A stretch of DNA of 63,026 bases, the filler included, from Octopus bimaculoides (taxonomy: Eukaryota): NCBI RefSeq assembly GCF_001194135.2. It is 9 parts of 8 records of this genome, joined end to end, with 100 filler letters (N's around TTAATTAATTAA, not from the genome) between each part and the next. Parts side by side here need not be neighbours in the genome. Positions count along the whole stretch, not along the records: positions 26,012 to 33,781 come from NC_068989.1; positions 33,882 to 36,769 come from NC_068981.1; positions 36,870 to 42,137 come from NC_068997.1; 6 more parts are not named here. One strand, 5' to 3'. Shown here piece after piece: positions 26,005 to 39,184 of the stretch; within the stretch, counting starts at the first letter, position 1, and every line of letters begins with the position of its first letter. The position numbers and the translations under genes were made by a program. Below the pieces are notes generated by a model. It was given only the letters and a program-made list of their open reading frames with translations, was not told the origin of the DNA and ran no database searches.

Positions 26005-26370
26005 NNNNNNNATATAGGACGCATGGCTCAGTGTTTAGAGTGTCGGGTTCACAGTCATGAGGTAGTGAGTCCGATTCTCGGACCGGGCTGTGTTGTGTTC
26101 TTGAGCAAGACACTTTATTTCATGTTACTTCAGCTCACTCAGCTGTAGAAATGAGTTGTGACGTAACTGGTGCCAAGCTGTATCGGCCTTTGCCTTTGAA
26201 TTCCCCTTGGATAACATCGATGGCTCGGAGAGGGGAGGCTGGCATAAATGGGCAGCCGCTGGTCTTCCATAAACAACCTTGCCCGGAACTGTACCTCGAA
26301 GGGAACTTTCTAGTTGTAATTCAATGGTCATTCATGACCCAAGGGTGCCCTTACCCTGCATACAACGCCC
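26005..26370 (+). mobile_element. tRNA-derived SINE
   Basis: tggctcagtgtttagagtg A-box-like head; ttgagcaagacacttt central motif. Confidence 0.6.
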
Positions 26371-27051
26371 CCCTCCCCACATATATATATATAAGCATAA
26401 GATATAACTGTAAAACGGGTTCATTATGCGCTTGAAACTAGTGTAGTTCCACTGCTAATTACCTTGAGTAAAGCAGGTACGAATCATAATACTTTCTTTT
26501 ATGACAATATTTGCAATTTTTTTTTATTTTGACTCTATGTGCGTATTTCAAATCTTGCTGTGGACGACTTTAAATTTCATCTTTCCGGGATCATCTTCGA
26601 GTTTCCTTCTTCCTGGATCGATAAAATATGTAGCAGTTAAATATCAGTGAGTGCTTGGACTGTCGATAAATCATCCGTTGGCTTGTGTTAGGAATCAATA
26701 TAACAGTGTTAGGCTGTAACAATGATTTTCGATGTTTCTGAAGTAAAAGTCGCTAATGATTATATGATAACATTATTGCCTCTACTGCTGCTGTTACTGC
26801 TGCTGCTACTGCTGCTGCTACTGCTGCTGCTACTGCTGCTGCTGCTGCTGCTGTTATTGTTGTTACTAATGGCGATGTTTAATCCCAGAGCAGTTTGGTC
26901 GAGCACATTGTCGACAGAATGTCGAGGCGCGAACTATCTTCCGAGTCATATCACAACGTCTCAGTTCAACCGATGATTATACTTCACATTCCTTGCTCTC
27001 CCCTTCACTTTCTCTATCTCTGTTCTGTCTCTGTCTGTCTATCTATCTGTC

Positions 27052-27095
<44 letters not shown>

Positions 27096-27378
27096 CCTTT
27101 CTCTCTCTCGCTCTCGCTCTCTCTACTATCAGTCTATTCTGTACACCTGTAGATTTCTGTTATAGTCACACTGCAATTGAGAAACAGATTCGGTCAGAGC
27201 AAAATGGTTGTGGTAACTCTGCATTTATAGCTGATACTACGGAACCCAGCGCAATGTTTAGGGATAGTTATGTTAAAGTCATTGCAGCTATTTCTGTGCG
27301 TATATAATTCTTTACATTTCTCGAAGCTGCATGCTTATAGGATACTGCTGTGATTGTGCCTTGAGGATGTTGTATGTA

Positions 27379-27935
27379 CAAGGTTTGATTAATAAGTATC
27401 CGGACTGTTGCCATAGTGAAATTGCTTGGTACAGATTGACCTTCCATCCAGCTATGTATGCATGCACACTAAGTCTTATCTTTCTAGCACACTTCCCCTG
27501 TTTACAGCAATGCTTCGAAGAGCAGCGTGTAGCGTTTGATCGTCACATTGACCATGACAGAGAAAGTTTTCATGGCGATACCCACTCAGAGGCCTGCGCA
27601 AAGTTGCAGAAAGAGTATGGAGAGGAGTGTACGAACCGCACACAAATGTACGAGTGGTTCAGACGTTTCCAAAATGGCCGAAAAAATGTCGATATTGACG
27701 AACGTTTTGGGAGACCCGCAAACAGTAGAAATGAGAAAACATCGCAGATGTGCGTGCATCTGTGTGGGAAAATCGTCGAATCACCATCCGGGGGTTATCA
27801 AAGGATATGCTGATTAGCTACGGTTCAGTTCAGTCTATTAGCACTGGCGATTTGGGTATGAGAGGCGTGTCTGCCAAGTTTGTGCCAAAACTGCTTTCAG
27901 CTGACCAAAAAGACACTCGGGTTTCAGTTGTACAA
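27379..27935 (+). mobile_element. Mariner derivative, 5' TIR + transposase N-terminus, 3' truncated
   Basis: TA-caaggtttgattaataagtatccggact; YEWFRRFQNG, RPA, KFVPKLLS. Confidence 0.8.
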
Positions 27936-28679
27936 CTATTTTTATGTAATACTCTCAACAAAGCAACAAGGAACTCTTTCCAAGAATTTAATGTTTATAT
28001 TTTTGCAAAAGACTTTGTAAACTCATCGTTTCTGGGAACTCGACGCTCTGTAAATGTAGAGAAAATAAACGAGTCATTCGCTCTGCACATGTAAAGATCT
28101 AAGACTAAAGCCTCATATGTATGACTTGGGTAGTATTATGGGTTTGTCATGTCTGCATATAAAAACAGGCAAGTGGGACGCTTGCATTTTCAGTTCGGTT
28201 TGGGTTTTCTTACTTTAGTCAGCAAATTCCAGAAATGAACAACGAAAGGTTCAGTCGGTCCCAATTCATACGTAGCAACATTAGTTGAATTCAGTAACGT
28301 TTAGTGAATAACCAAAAGCTGGTTTATGCTTATAGTGAATCCGCCATGTTTCGTAGAAGATAAGAGACCATTTACGAGGCAGTAAACATTCATCATTACT
28401 TTGTAGAACGAAAAGAAAGAAAGAAAGAAAAAAGATAGGAAGGAAGAAAGGAAAGCGGGAGAGAAAACGGGAGGGAAAATGGAAGAGATGCAACAGAAAC
28501 AAAAGTAAAAGAAGTAACGCAGTATTTTAATCATATTACATAAAAATACATGCCTTCATTGGTAGCCATAATCTTCCTTCACTTTTTTTTGCTTTAAAGA
28601 ATTTCAAATAACTGAATGCATAAAATATAGGGTTTCAAACTTAACAGATACAAGTTCGTATCTCATTTTTTCCTATTAC

Positions 28680-28740
28680 TTCTTCCAAGTCAATAGTTTT
28701 CTCTCTGTACTTTTTCTCCATCATTCGCGAAACATTGTCA
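28680..28740 (-). CDS. Unnamed gene, exon 6 (DNVSRMMEKKYREKTIDLEE)
   Basis: Acceptor ttttgttgtgtataatag|; donor |gtaata; only one frame open; phase 2 to 0. Confidence 0.6.
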
Positions 28741-29794
28741 CTATTATACACAACAAAATAGAGGGTGATGACTCGGTGATAAACGCACAAAGAGCGAGGA
28801 ATTGACTAGATATTTTGTGGTATTGTGTATATCCAAATTGGTTTACTGCAGAACAGAATGACCGTGAATTTCATTTTGTTTCAGATGAGGACATTTAATA
28901 CCCCACAATTATATAGCAGGAAATGCTTTAGTATTCGTTGTTGTATTCTTTGTATTACACACACATATACATAATAAAGAATATAGACGTGTGAGTGAGT
29001 GTGTGTGTGTGTGTGTGTGTCTGTGTGTGTGTGTGTGTGTGTGTGTACACACACACAGACAAACATATATACATACAAATATACGCATATAAACATGTTA
29101 TACATATTTGCATATATGCAAGTGTGCACAAATACACATATAAATAGGTTCATATTTTTCCTGATATATATATATATATATANNNNNNNNNNNNNNNNNN
29201 NNNNNNNNNNNNNNNNNNNNNNNNNNNNNNNNNNNNNNNNNNNNNNNNNNNNNNNNNNNNNNNNNNNNNNNNNNNNNNNNNNNNNNNNNNNNNNNNNNNN
29301 NNNNNNNNNNNNNNNNNNNNNNNNNNNNNNNNNNNNNNNNNNNNNNNNNNNNNNNNNNNNNNNNNNNNNNNNNNNNNNNNNNNNNNNNNNNNNNNNNNNN
29401 NNNNNNNNNNNNNNNNNNNNNNNNNNNNNNNNNNNNNNNNNNNNNNNNNNNNNNNNNNNNNNNNNNNNNNNNNNNNNNNNNNNNNNNNNNNNNNNNNNNN
29501 NNNNNNNNNNNNNNNNNNNNNNNNNNNNNNNNNNNNNNNNNNNNNNNNNNNNNNNNNNNNNNNNNNNNNNNNNNNNNNNNNNNNNNNNNNNNNNNNNNNN
29601 NNNNNNNNNNNNNNNNNNNNNNNNNNNNNNNNNNNNNNNNNNNNNNNNNNNNATATATATATATATATATATATATATATCTTATTCATGTGTAAGCGTG
29701 TTTTTCTGTGTTATAGATATATCCATCCATCCATCCAGCCGTCTCTCTTTCTATTCGTCTCCCTATCCATCTAGCTATCAAAACATTTTCTAAC

Positions 29795-29819
29795 TGAATG
29801 CAGGTGGATAGAAGTGAAC
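29795..29819 (-). CDS. Unnamed gene, 25-nt exon 5 ((R)SLLSTCI(H))
   Basis: Acceptor tctgtctgttcactgctacag|; donor |gttaga; phase 1 to 2 bridges exons 4 and 6. Confidence 0.6.
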
Positions 29820-30229
29820 CTGTAGCAGTGAACAGACAGACTTGAGCAAACCATGTGCATATGGCATGTTGCTAGTTTGACTTATTACTCCCTGGCTAAT
29901 CAAATTATCTTTGGACCGCTGTGAAAGTAATTTTCTGCATGCCGATCTTTTAGTTTCGCTTCACTGCATCTCATAGCCGCCTCTTCTCTGCAAAGAACTT
30001 GCAGATTTTTCAGCAAACAACCCATGACTCTAGCACTACAAGCTCCTGTCTCTCTCTCTCTACCTTACCTTGTTTACTTTTTCGCTTTCTCTCGGTCTTT
30101 CTCTTCCCATTTCTCTCTTTCTTTCTTTGTATTCTCTCTATGTGTATATTCTCTCTCTATATATATATGCGTATGCATAGAAATATATATCTATGTGTTT
30201 GTATGTACATACGAATGTACATATATGTT

Positions 30230-30270
<41 letters not shown>

Positions 30271-30362
30271 NNNNNNNNNNNNNNNNNNNNNNNNNNNNNN
30301 NNNNNNNNNNNNNNNNNNNNNNNNNNNNNNNNNNNNNNNNNNNNNNNNNNNNNNNNNNNNNN

Positions 30363-30415
<53 letters not shown>

Positions 30416-30569
30416 TATATAATCTATCTAACGAAGCATGTGTAGTGTGGTGTATGCGTGTTTGCATGATCTATTTCTCAACCTATCTATAAAGCTCTCT
30501 GTCTCTCCCCTCCTTTCTCCCTCTCTCTCTCACCGTCTCTCTCTCCCTCCCTCTATCTATCTATCTATA

Positions 30570-30601
<32 letters not shown>

Positions 30602-30665
30602 CGCTTTCTAGCTCTCTCTCGTTGATACTTCCTCATGCTCCCTCACCACTCAATATTGTTCTAAC

Positions 30666-30723
30666 CATCGCAAGATTCCTCATTCTCGCCTTCTGTCTTC
30701 CGTTCTGGCTCGCGCGCCGCCAT
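30666..30723 (-). CDS. Possible alternative first coding exon (MAAREPERKTEGENEESCD)
   Basis: aaATGGCGGCG start context in a CpG-containing patch; donor G|gttaga; phase 1 matches exon 5. Confidence 0.35.
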
Positions 30724-31084
30724 TTCAGTGAATGAAAGATATACAGTAATGCACATACAGCCATATTCACATACGTATATGCATCTGTACATATGTAAAC
30801 AAACACATATATATATATATATATATATATATGCATGTGGAAGCATACACATATGTCTTATACAAACAACGAACGTGCACATAGATATACAAACCAGACA
30901 CTTATGTGATTGTATATGCATGTATTTATTTTCATGTACGTGTATACATGAACAGATGAGCTTAACTTTGTGTGGGAATATATGCATGCGCCTGTGTATG
31001 TACATAATCATATTACATACAAACACCCACACACGCACACACACATACACGCGCACGCACGCACATAAGTACACATACATGTGA

Positions 31085-31126
<42 letters not shown>

Positions 31127-31925
31127 NNNNNNNNNNNNNNNNNNNNNNNNNNNNNNNNNNNNNNNNNNNNNNNNNNNNNNNNNNNNNNNNNNNNNNNNNN
31201 NNNNNNNNNNNNNNNNNNNNNNNNNNNNNNNNNNNNNNNNNNNNNNNNNNNNNNNNNNNNNNNNNNNNNNNNNNNNNNNNNNNNNNNNNNNNNNNNNNNN
31301 NNNNNNNNNNNNNNNNNNNNNNNNNNNNNNNNNNNNNNNNNNNNNNNNNNNNNNNNNNNNNNNNNNNNNNNNNNNNNNNNNNNNNNNNNNNNNNNNNNNN
31401 NNNNNNNNNNNNNNNNNNNNNNNNNNNNNNNNNNNNNNNNNNNNNNNNNNNNNNNNNNNNNNNNNNNNNNNNNNNNNNNNNNNNNNNNNNNNNNNNNNNN
31501 NNNNNNNNNNNNNNNNNNNNNNNNNNNNNNNNNNNNNNNNNNNNNNNNNNNNNNNNNNNNNNNNNNNNNNNNNNNNNNNNNNNNNNNNNATATATGTATA
31601 TATATATGCATATATATATCTGTTTAAATATATATATATATATGCATACATATATATATTTGTCTATGTTTATATATGTATGGATGTATGTAGGTATGTA
31701 TGGTATGTATGCATGTATATATTATGTATATACCCATGCACAAATGTTTATCTACACAGACTCATGCTGATATACACAATGTGCATGTGTGTGCTTCTTT
31801 TAACTGTTATGTAGAGGCTGATATAAGTATTTTTAAAATGGAGGTTTCCAGCCATCATACAACTAACAGGCTGTAAAGAATATTATGATTACTTTAAAAC
31901 TTGCGCATGACAAAGGCTAACATAC

Positions 31926-31990
31926 GCCATTCATCATCCGTCAACCGAAAATATTTTTCAGATTCTTTCCAATATAGAAAGTACATCCAC
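31926..31990 (-). CDS. Unnamed gene, exon 4 (WMYFLYWKESEKYFRLTDDEW)
   Basis: Acceptor tttcttcactcgttcgttacag|; donor |gtatgt; open in the phase 2 to 1 frame. Confidence 0.7.
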
Positions 31991-32075
31991 CTGTAACGAA
32001 CGAGTGAAGAAATGCCAGAAATTGCTAGAGAGGGGGAGGGAGCGGGGGAGAGAGAGGTAGGGAGAGGAAGAGAGT

Positions 32076-32128
<53 letters not shown>

Positions 32129-32284
32129 ATAGAGGGAAAGAGGCTTGCCTAGTGTCGTAGAATAAAGCAAGGTATAGGGGCATTAGGGTAAGCTGAAGAA
32201 GTAAACTTTTGTTGGATGGAGTCCACAATGTGGTTTCAATGCTGACCTGCACGCGTGCTCACATAATACAATATATATATTTTT

Positions 32285-32655
32285 TTACTGAGATGTGGCT
32301 GCGTGGTAAGGAGCTGGCTTCCCAACCATATGGTTCCGGGTTCAGTTCCAGTGCGTGGCATCTTTGACAAGTGTCTTCTGGTATAATCTCACGATGACCG
32401 AAACTGTGAGTGGATTTCGTATTTGATTGACCATAACGGAAAGAAGCGCTTCGTGTGTATATATATATAATACAAAGAATATATATGCATGTATACACAC
32501 ATATATGTACATACTTACATCTACATGTGTATATAGATGCATGTCAGGGTACAGGACGTTAGAAAAATGAACTACAGACAACGGAACGAACACATAGGAA
32601 AACAGATAGCCACTTGGAATTATTCCTTCATCAGCTGCCTCTATTCTAACTAGGC

Positions 32656-32728
<73 letters not shown>

Positions 32729-32950
32729 TTTATGTCTGCTTTGCCCCTCCCCGTCGCTTGACAACCGATGTTGGTGTGTTTACGTCCCCATAACTTAACA
32801 GTTCCGTCAAAAAGACCGATAGAATAAGTATTAGGCTTACAAACAATAAGTTCTGGGGTCAAATTCGTCGATTAAAATCACTTTAACTCGATGCTCCAGC
32901 ATGGCTGCAATCAAGTGAGTGGAAGAAGTAAAAGGATAAAAGAATAAAAG
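32285..32950 (+). mobile_element. SINE family B interrupted by another repeat (32500-32660)
   Basis: Head at 32285-32470, tail at 32700-32950. Confidence 0.65.
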
Positions 32951-33881
32951 AATACATTTATATATGAATATATACGACCGGTGTAGTGCTGCGCAAGGTG
33001 ACTATTTCGGCGGAGATGATGTTAAAACTTGGGTAAATAAGTTATTTTGTATTAAAGATATGTAGTCCATGTGTAGTCCGGGAAATTTTTGATAACACTT
33101 CGTATGTGTATACATACATATATACATACATACATACATACATACATACATTCTGACATTCCGAGTTCAAATATAATTCTAAGATTAAAACAAAAATTAT
33201 TTTATGAGACTTCGCTAATAAATGGACAAATGCTGAAAGAAAAACGGTCATTCAATTATTAAGCATTCGTAATTGGAAAGAATAAATAAAATTAAATATC
33301 AAATATCTATGGCATTTTTTTAATTCACTGTCGGATGACTTTTGGCCAGCTCTGTATATTCATACATACATACTTACATTCATAGAGGGATACATCCACA
33401 CATACATACCATACATACGTACCATAAATACATACTATGCATACATAGATGCTGACATACACATACATACGTACATACCATATATACATGCATGCATGCA
33501 TAAATTCCTACACACACGCATTCATACAAACTTACACTCGTACATTCACACATACATACATACATACATACATATATGGAGACATACATTCATACATTCA
33601 TTCATACATACATACATACATACATACATACTTAGTCGACTGGCAAAATCTTTTGAGCGTCAGACAGAATTCTCTGCGATAACCGTTCAAGCACTTTGCA
33701 CGATCGTGAGTTCAAATGCCAACAAGGTTCATGTAACTTTTCATCTTTTCAGTGTTGATAAAAGAGTACCAGTCCAATACTNNNNNNNNNNNNNNNNNNN
33801 NNNNNNNNNNNNNNNNNNNNNNNNNTTAATTAATTAANNNNNNNNNNNNNNNNNNNNNNNNNNNNNNNNNNNNNNNNNNNN

Positions 33882-33965
<84 letters not shown>

Positions 33966-33966
33966 G

Positions 33967-34006
<40 letters not shown>

Positions 34007-34019
34007 ATGGATGTTATTA

Positions 34020-34235
34020 GGCGGCGAGCTAGCAGAATCGTTAGCACGATGGATGGAACGCTTAGCGGTATTTCGCCCATCGGTAAGTTCTGCGTTCAAA
34101 TTCCGCCGAGGTCGACTTTGCCTTCTATCGTTTCGGGTCGATAAATTAAGTACCAGTGAAACACTGGGGTTGATGCAATCGACAAACCCCCTTCTCCACA
34201 ATTTCAAGTTTTGTGCCTATAGTAGAAAGGATTAT
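34020..34235 (+). mobile_element. SINE family A
   Basis: Same consensus as 3465, 20445, 50768, 51755, 62640. Confidence 0.75.
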
Positions 34236-34410
34236 AATTTAGTCCCAGTTTAGTTCTAATCAAACGAATCTCTGATCAAAGATATTCCAATCGTGACTAT
34301 TTTTTTTTTATGAGACATAATATGTCAATGATATTAGCCCATATTTTCTTGTTTATTTTCCAAAATACAGTGTGCGTGTATATGTATGTGTGTGTGCGTG
34401 TGTGTGCGTT

Positions 34411-34447
<37 letters not shown>

Positions 34448-35940
34448 CTGTGTCTGTGTGTGTGTGCTTGTGTGCGTGTATACATATATATAGGTGGTGC
34501 TATCAAGTTAGACATGGCCTGGGGCTATACTGGCCGAAACTTTTCAAAATTATCAAAGTTATATAAATATATTTATAGGGAATAATTAATAAGTTTTTCC
34601 CTTGATGAGGTTTTTTCACGCTAACTACTTGATAAATNNNNNNNNNNNNNNNNNNNNNNNNNNNNNNNNNNNNNNNNNNNNNNNNNNNNNNNNNNNNNNN
34701 NNNNNNNNNNNNNNNNNNNNNNNNNNNNNNNNNNNNNNNNNNNNNNNNNNNNNNNNNNNNNNNNNNNNNNNNNNNNNNNNNNNNNNNNNNNNNNNNNNNN
34801 NNNNNNNNNNNNNNNNNNNNNNNNNNNNNNNNNNNNNNNNNNNNNNNNNNNNNNNNNNNNNNNNNNNNNNNNNNNNNNNNNNNNNNNNNNNNNNNNNNNN
34901 NNNNNNNNNNNNNNNNNNNNNNNNNNNNNNNNNNNNNNNNNNNNNNNNNNNNNNNNNNNNNNNNNNNNNNNNNNNNNNNNNNNNNNNNNNNNNNNNNNNN
35001 NNNNNNNNNNNNNNNNNNNNNNNNNNNNNNNNNNNNNNNNNNNNNNNNNNNNNNNNNNNNNNNNNNNNNNNNNNNNNNNNNNNNNNNNNNNNNNNNNNNN
35101 NNNNNNNNNNNNNNNNNNNNNNNNNNNNNNNNNNNNNNNNNNNNNNNNNNNNNNNNNNNNNNNNNNNNNNNNNNNNNNNNNNNNNNNNNNNNNNNNNNNN
35201 NNNNNNNNNNNNNNNNNNNNNNNNNNNNNNNNNNNNNNNNNNNNNNNNNNNNNNNNNNNNNNNNNNNNNNNNNNNNNNNNNNNNNNNNNNNNNNNNNNNN
35301 NNNNNNNNNNNNNNNNNNNNNNNNNNNNNNNNNNNNNNNNNNNNNNNNNNNNNNNNNNNNNNNNNNNNNNNNNNNNNNNNNNNNNNNNNNNNNNNNNNNN
35401 NNNNNNNNNNNNNNNNNNNNNNNNNNNNNNNNNNNNNNNNNNNNNNNNNNNNNNNNNNNNNNNNNNNNNNNNNNNNNNNNNNNNNNNNNNNNNNNNNNNN
35501 NNNNNNNNNNNNNNNNNNNNNNNNNNNNNNNNNNNNNNNNNATTATTGTGAATGAATGTATCGGGATGTAATGTAATATACCTTTTATCTTTTACCTGTT
35601 TCAGTCATTAGTCTGCAGCCATACTGGGGCACCGCATTGAAGGGTTTTAGTCGAATGAATCGACCACAGTACTTGTTTTGTTTTGTTTTTTTTTAAGCCT
35701 GGTACTTATACTATCGGTTTTCTTTTGCTGAAGCGCTAGGTTACATGCATGTAAACACATAAACACTGGCTGTCAAGTGGTGATAGTGAGGGCAGAAACA
35801 CACACATATTGAGTTCTAAATGGATAACTGTATATCAAGTCGTGTAAAGGCATACAATAATAAATTTTGTGTGTGTAGTGTGTGTATCATGTGTGTGTGC
35901 GTGTGTGTGTGCGTGTGTAGTGTGTGTATCATGTGTGTGT

Positions 35941-35983
<43 letters not shown>

Positions 35984-36610
35984 GTAAGGATCAAAATCAG
36001 TGCTCGTGACTTGTTACAACGACTCCAAGATGGCTGGGAAAGAGACGATATTCTCAAACCGAAGACCAGCCTGATTGTTTCCAAGGCGCCAAGTGCTAGT
36101 CTTAAACCGGACGACAAGGTCAAATCTACCACCCAAGTAGGGCATGACGCAATTTGAACTAAGAACTCAAAGAGACGGAACAAATATGGCAGGACAAACT
36201 GTTCAAACTTCTTTTCATTTTTTCTACAAATTCACTGACTTCATTTGTTACTTTCTAACAACTCCGAAAGAGTGAAAGCGAAACTGAAACAAAGTTGAAG
36301 CAAAGCAAAGGTGAAATAGCGCGAAGAATTCTGTCCGACGCTGTGGCGATCTAACTAAATCGTCGTGTGATAAGCTGTCTTGCAGATTGACCTGATATTC
36401 ATCACTTTTCATTACGTTGATACCATTAGAATGACTCTGGGTGTAAGGAATTCATTTTAGGCGTCAAAGATGAAGAAAACTTCACAATCTTAATGCTTGC
36501 ATAACATTATACATGGTTCTATATTTAAGAGATGAGGAATTATGTATATTATTTACACTATTTACATTATTTACATTTGACGGATATTTGTCCTCATCTT
36601 GTTTGTAGTT

Positions 36611-36656
36611 AACACAACGTTTCGGCTGATATACCCTCCAGCCTTCATCAGGTGTC
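36611..36656 (-). ncRNA. Minimal type I hammerhead ribozyme, intact core
   Basis: gacac CTGATGAA ggctg gagggtatat cagcc GAAAC GTT gtgtt; loopless palindromic stem III. Confidence 0.75.
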
Positions 36657-36705
36657 TTGGGGAAATTTCGAACCTGGGTTCTCATTCCTAAGGTATTTTT
36701 CGATG

Positions 36706-36769
<64 letters not shown>

Positions 36770-36899
36770 NNNNNNNNNNNNNNNNNNNNNNNNNNNNNNN
36801 NNNNNNNNNNNNNTTAATTAATTAANNNNNNNNNNNNNNNNNNNNNNNNNNNNNNNNNNNNNNNNNNNNTATATATATATGCGTGTGTATGTGTGTATG

Positions 36900-36963
<64 letters not shown>

Positions 36964-37055
36964 ATATAAATGCATATATATACAAGTATGTCTATACGCG
37001 CACATATACAAAGGTATATATTTATTGAATGATAGTGTTGCGGAGACTCACATAC

Positions 37056-37069
37056 AGAACTTTAAGTTT
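37056..37069 (-). CDS. Unnamed gene, 14-nt microexon 3 (KLKV(L))
   Basis: Acceptor gttatttgcatag|; donor |gtatgt, with an alternative |gtgagt 4 nt further; phase 0 to 2 bridges exons 2 and 4. Confidence 0.5.
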
Positions 37070-37176
37070 CTATGCAAATAACAGGACGATCACCGCATTT
37101 CTTCACTTGACATAAGCCTAGCGACAAACACGGAAAAAAATATGCACTTGAAACGATTCATGTATTTGAAAGTCCC

Positions 37177-37279
37177 CAAACATACCATTGCCCATGACGA
37201 ACCAAACATACCATTGCCCATGACGAACAAAACATACCATTGCCCATGACGAACAAAACATACCATTGCCCATGACGAA
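37177..37279. repeat. 26-bp minisatellite x4
   Basis: (c/a)aaacataccattgcccatgacgaac, four near-perfect units, no spacers. Confidence 0.95.
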
Positions 37280-37369
37280 TCAATATGCCTCGATATTCAA
37301 ATTGATTACATTAAAAGGCTGGACTTCACATTTTTTTAATAGACGTAAGAAGCTAAAACCTAACTTATT

Positions 37370-37540
37370 GCTTTCAGATTTTGCCACAAGGCCAGCAATT
37401 ATGGGAGAGGGAGTGAAAGACGATTACATCGAGCTCTATGCTCAACTGGTACTTAGTTTATCGACCACGAAAGGATGATAGCAAAGTCGATCTCGGTGAA
37501 ATTTGAACTCAGAACTTAAAGGTGAACGAAATACTGCTAG
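37370..37540 (-). mobile_element. SINE family A
   Basis: Reverse-complement consensus; another copy at about 37990-38190. Confidence 0.65.
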
Positions 37541-37614
37541 ATATAAATTACTTCTAACATTTTAATGCATGGTACATTATAAAGCTGACCTATAATTGTG
37601 TCAAATTTTGGTAC

Positions 37615-37938
37615 AAAGTCAGCAACTGTAGTATCAATAATTGTCTGAGCCCTGGGAACAGTGAGTAAAAATCTCGAGAAGTACGTGGAACAAATAGGAG
37701 CTGTAATAAAGGTGGAGCACTTGCAGAAAACAGCATTGCTTGGAACCGCTCGGATACTCCGGAAGGTGCTCGAAAAATAAGAGGTGTTACCTTAGTTCAT
37801 TGGTAGTGAACAGCTGACACCGTAGTGCATCTTCAGCGTTAGAAGCTGTGAAAAGGTAATAATAATAATAATAATAAATATAATAATAATAACAATAATA
37901 ATAACAATAATAATAATAATAAATATAATAATAATACC

Positions 37939-37990
<52 letters not shown>
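37615..37990 (+). mobile_element. R4/Dong-type LINE 3' end
   Basis: ALGTVSKNLEKYVEQIG...LQKTALLGTARILRKVLEK* then (TAA)n tail. Confidence 0.8.
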
Positions 37991-38846
37991 GTTTCAACTT
38001 TTTGAACGAGACCAGTAATGTTAAGGAAGGGTGTTATCCTATTACATCGATCTTAGTGCTCAATCTTAGTTTTTTAGTTTATCGAGCCTAAAAGGATGAA
38101 ATGCGAAGTTTATATGGACAAAATTAGAGCTTAGAACGTAAAGAGCCGGAAGAAACGTTGCTAAATTATTTGTCCGGCGCCCTAGCACTAATGATTCTTC
38201 CAGCTAACCACCTTAAAAAAGTCAAACAGTAACAATATGCGTTGATAAACACGCACACACATACAACACATACACAACACACGTACATACAGAGTCACAC
38301 AGAGGTACACATACATACACACACATGTGCACACATGTACCGACGCTCACACAAACACACATAGTCACACACAGGTACACACACAGGAACACACACGCGC
38401 GTACACGTACACACGCATATGCAGACATACACACACACACACACATACACACACAAACATACACACGCATATGCGCATACACGCGCGCGCTATCTGTCCA
38501 TGAGTAATATTTTTATTCTAAATAATTCAAAGACGCTATCCATATGAAATTTTGTTAGAAATATGGAAATAACTCTATTGATTAACACAGTTATTTTTCC
38601 CCCACCCCCGCATATTTATTTGGAATTCAAAATAATTTATTCTACTTTGTGAACTTTTGGTATTTATTTCTTGTTTTTTTTTTATGTTCATAGCATTAAA
38701 TATGTTAATACAAATTTAAATAATTTTTTTCATGCAAATGGTGTCTCTGAATAGCTTATTCTCTAAACAATTGTATTCTCTACGCCAACAAATGTACATT
38801 TATTTGGTAATTAGAGACTCATTCATCACAACACCGAAAGCTATGC

Positions 38847-38886
38847 TCCGCTGATGAGAGCAGAATAATACTGAAACATGTCTGGA
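38847..38886 (+). ncRNA. Degenerate minimal hammerhead ribozyme
   Basis: tccg CTGATGA gagcagaataatact GAAAC AT GTC tgga; stem II weak. Confidence 0.5.
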
Positions 38887-39020
38887 ATGTTTGCCCCTTT
38901 ATGCCAGAAAAATACAAATAACTGTTTTCAGTAAATAACGTTTTCTATTGCTTCTCATCACTTACTTATTTTTAGTTAGTTTTGTTTGATATTCCCTAAA
39001 TTAAACATATTAAGACTAAC

Positions 39021-39045
39021 CTCCATCTTGTTTTTCCACCACTCA
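39021..39045 (-). CDS. Unnamed gene, 25-nt exon 2 ((S)EWWKNKME)
   Basis: Long pyrimidine tract ...ttaaatgcttcag|; donor GAG|gttagt; phase 2 to 0. Confidence 0.65.
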
Positions 39046-39184
39046 CTGAAGCATTTAACCAATGGAATAAAAACAGAAATGTAACAAGATTCAGAAATCC
39101 TTTAAATTCTTTCTAATTCTGGTACAATTCCAGCAATTTTGAGAGAAAGGGGCAAGTCGATTAAGACGGGGTAAGTTGTCATGG

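Noticed and set aside
28376-28398. 23-nt candidate exon after a strong pyrimidine tract
   Set aside because: Phase does not fit between exons 6 and 7; the tract is a (CTTT)n microsatellite.
35980-36157. Plus-strand ORF ...RDLLQRLQDGWERDD...
   Set aside because: No donor or start; it runs into a SINE and has no recognisable domain.
37177-37279. CRISPR-like array
   Set aside because: Units are contiguous with no unique spacers; eukaryotic minisatellite.
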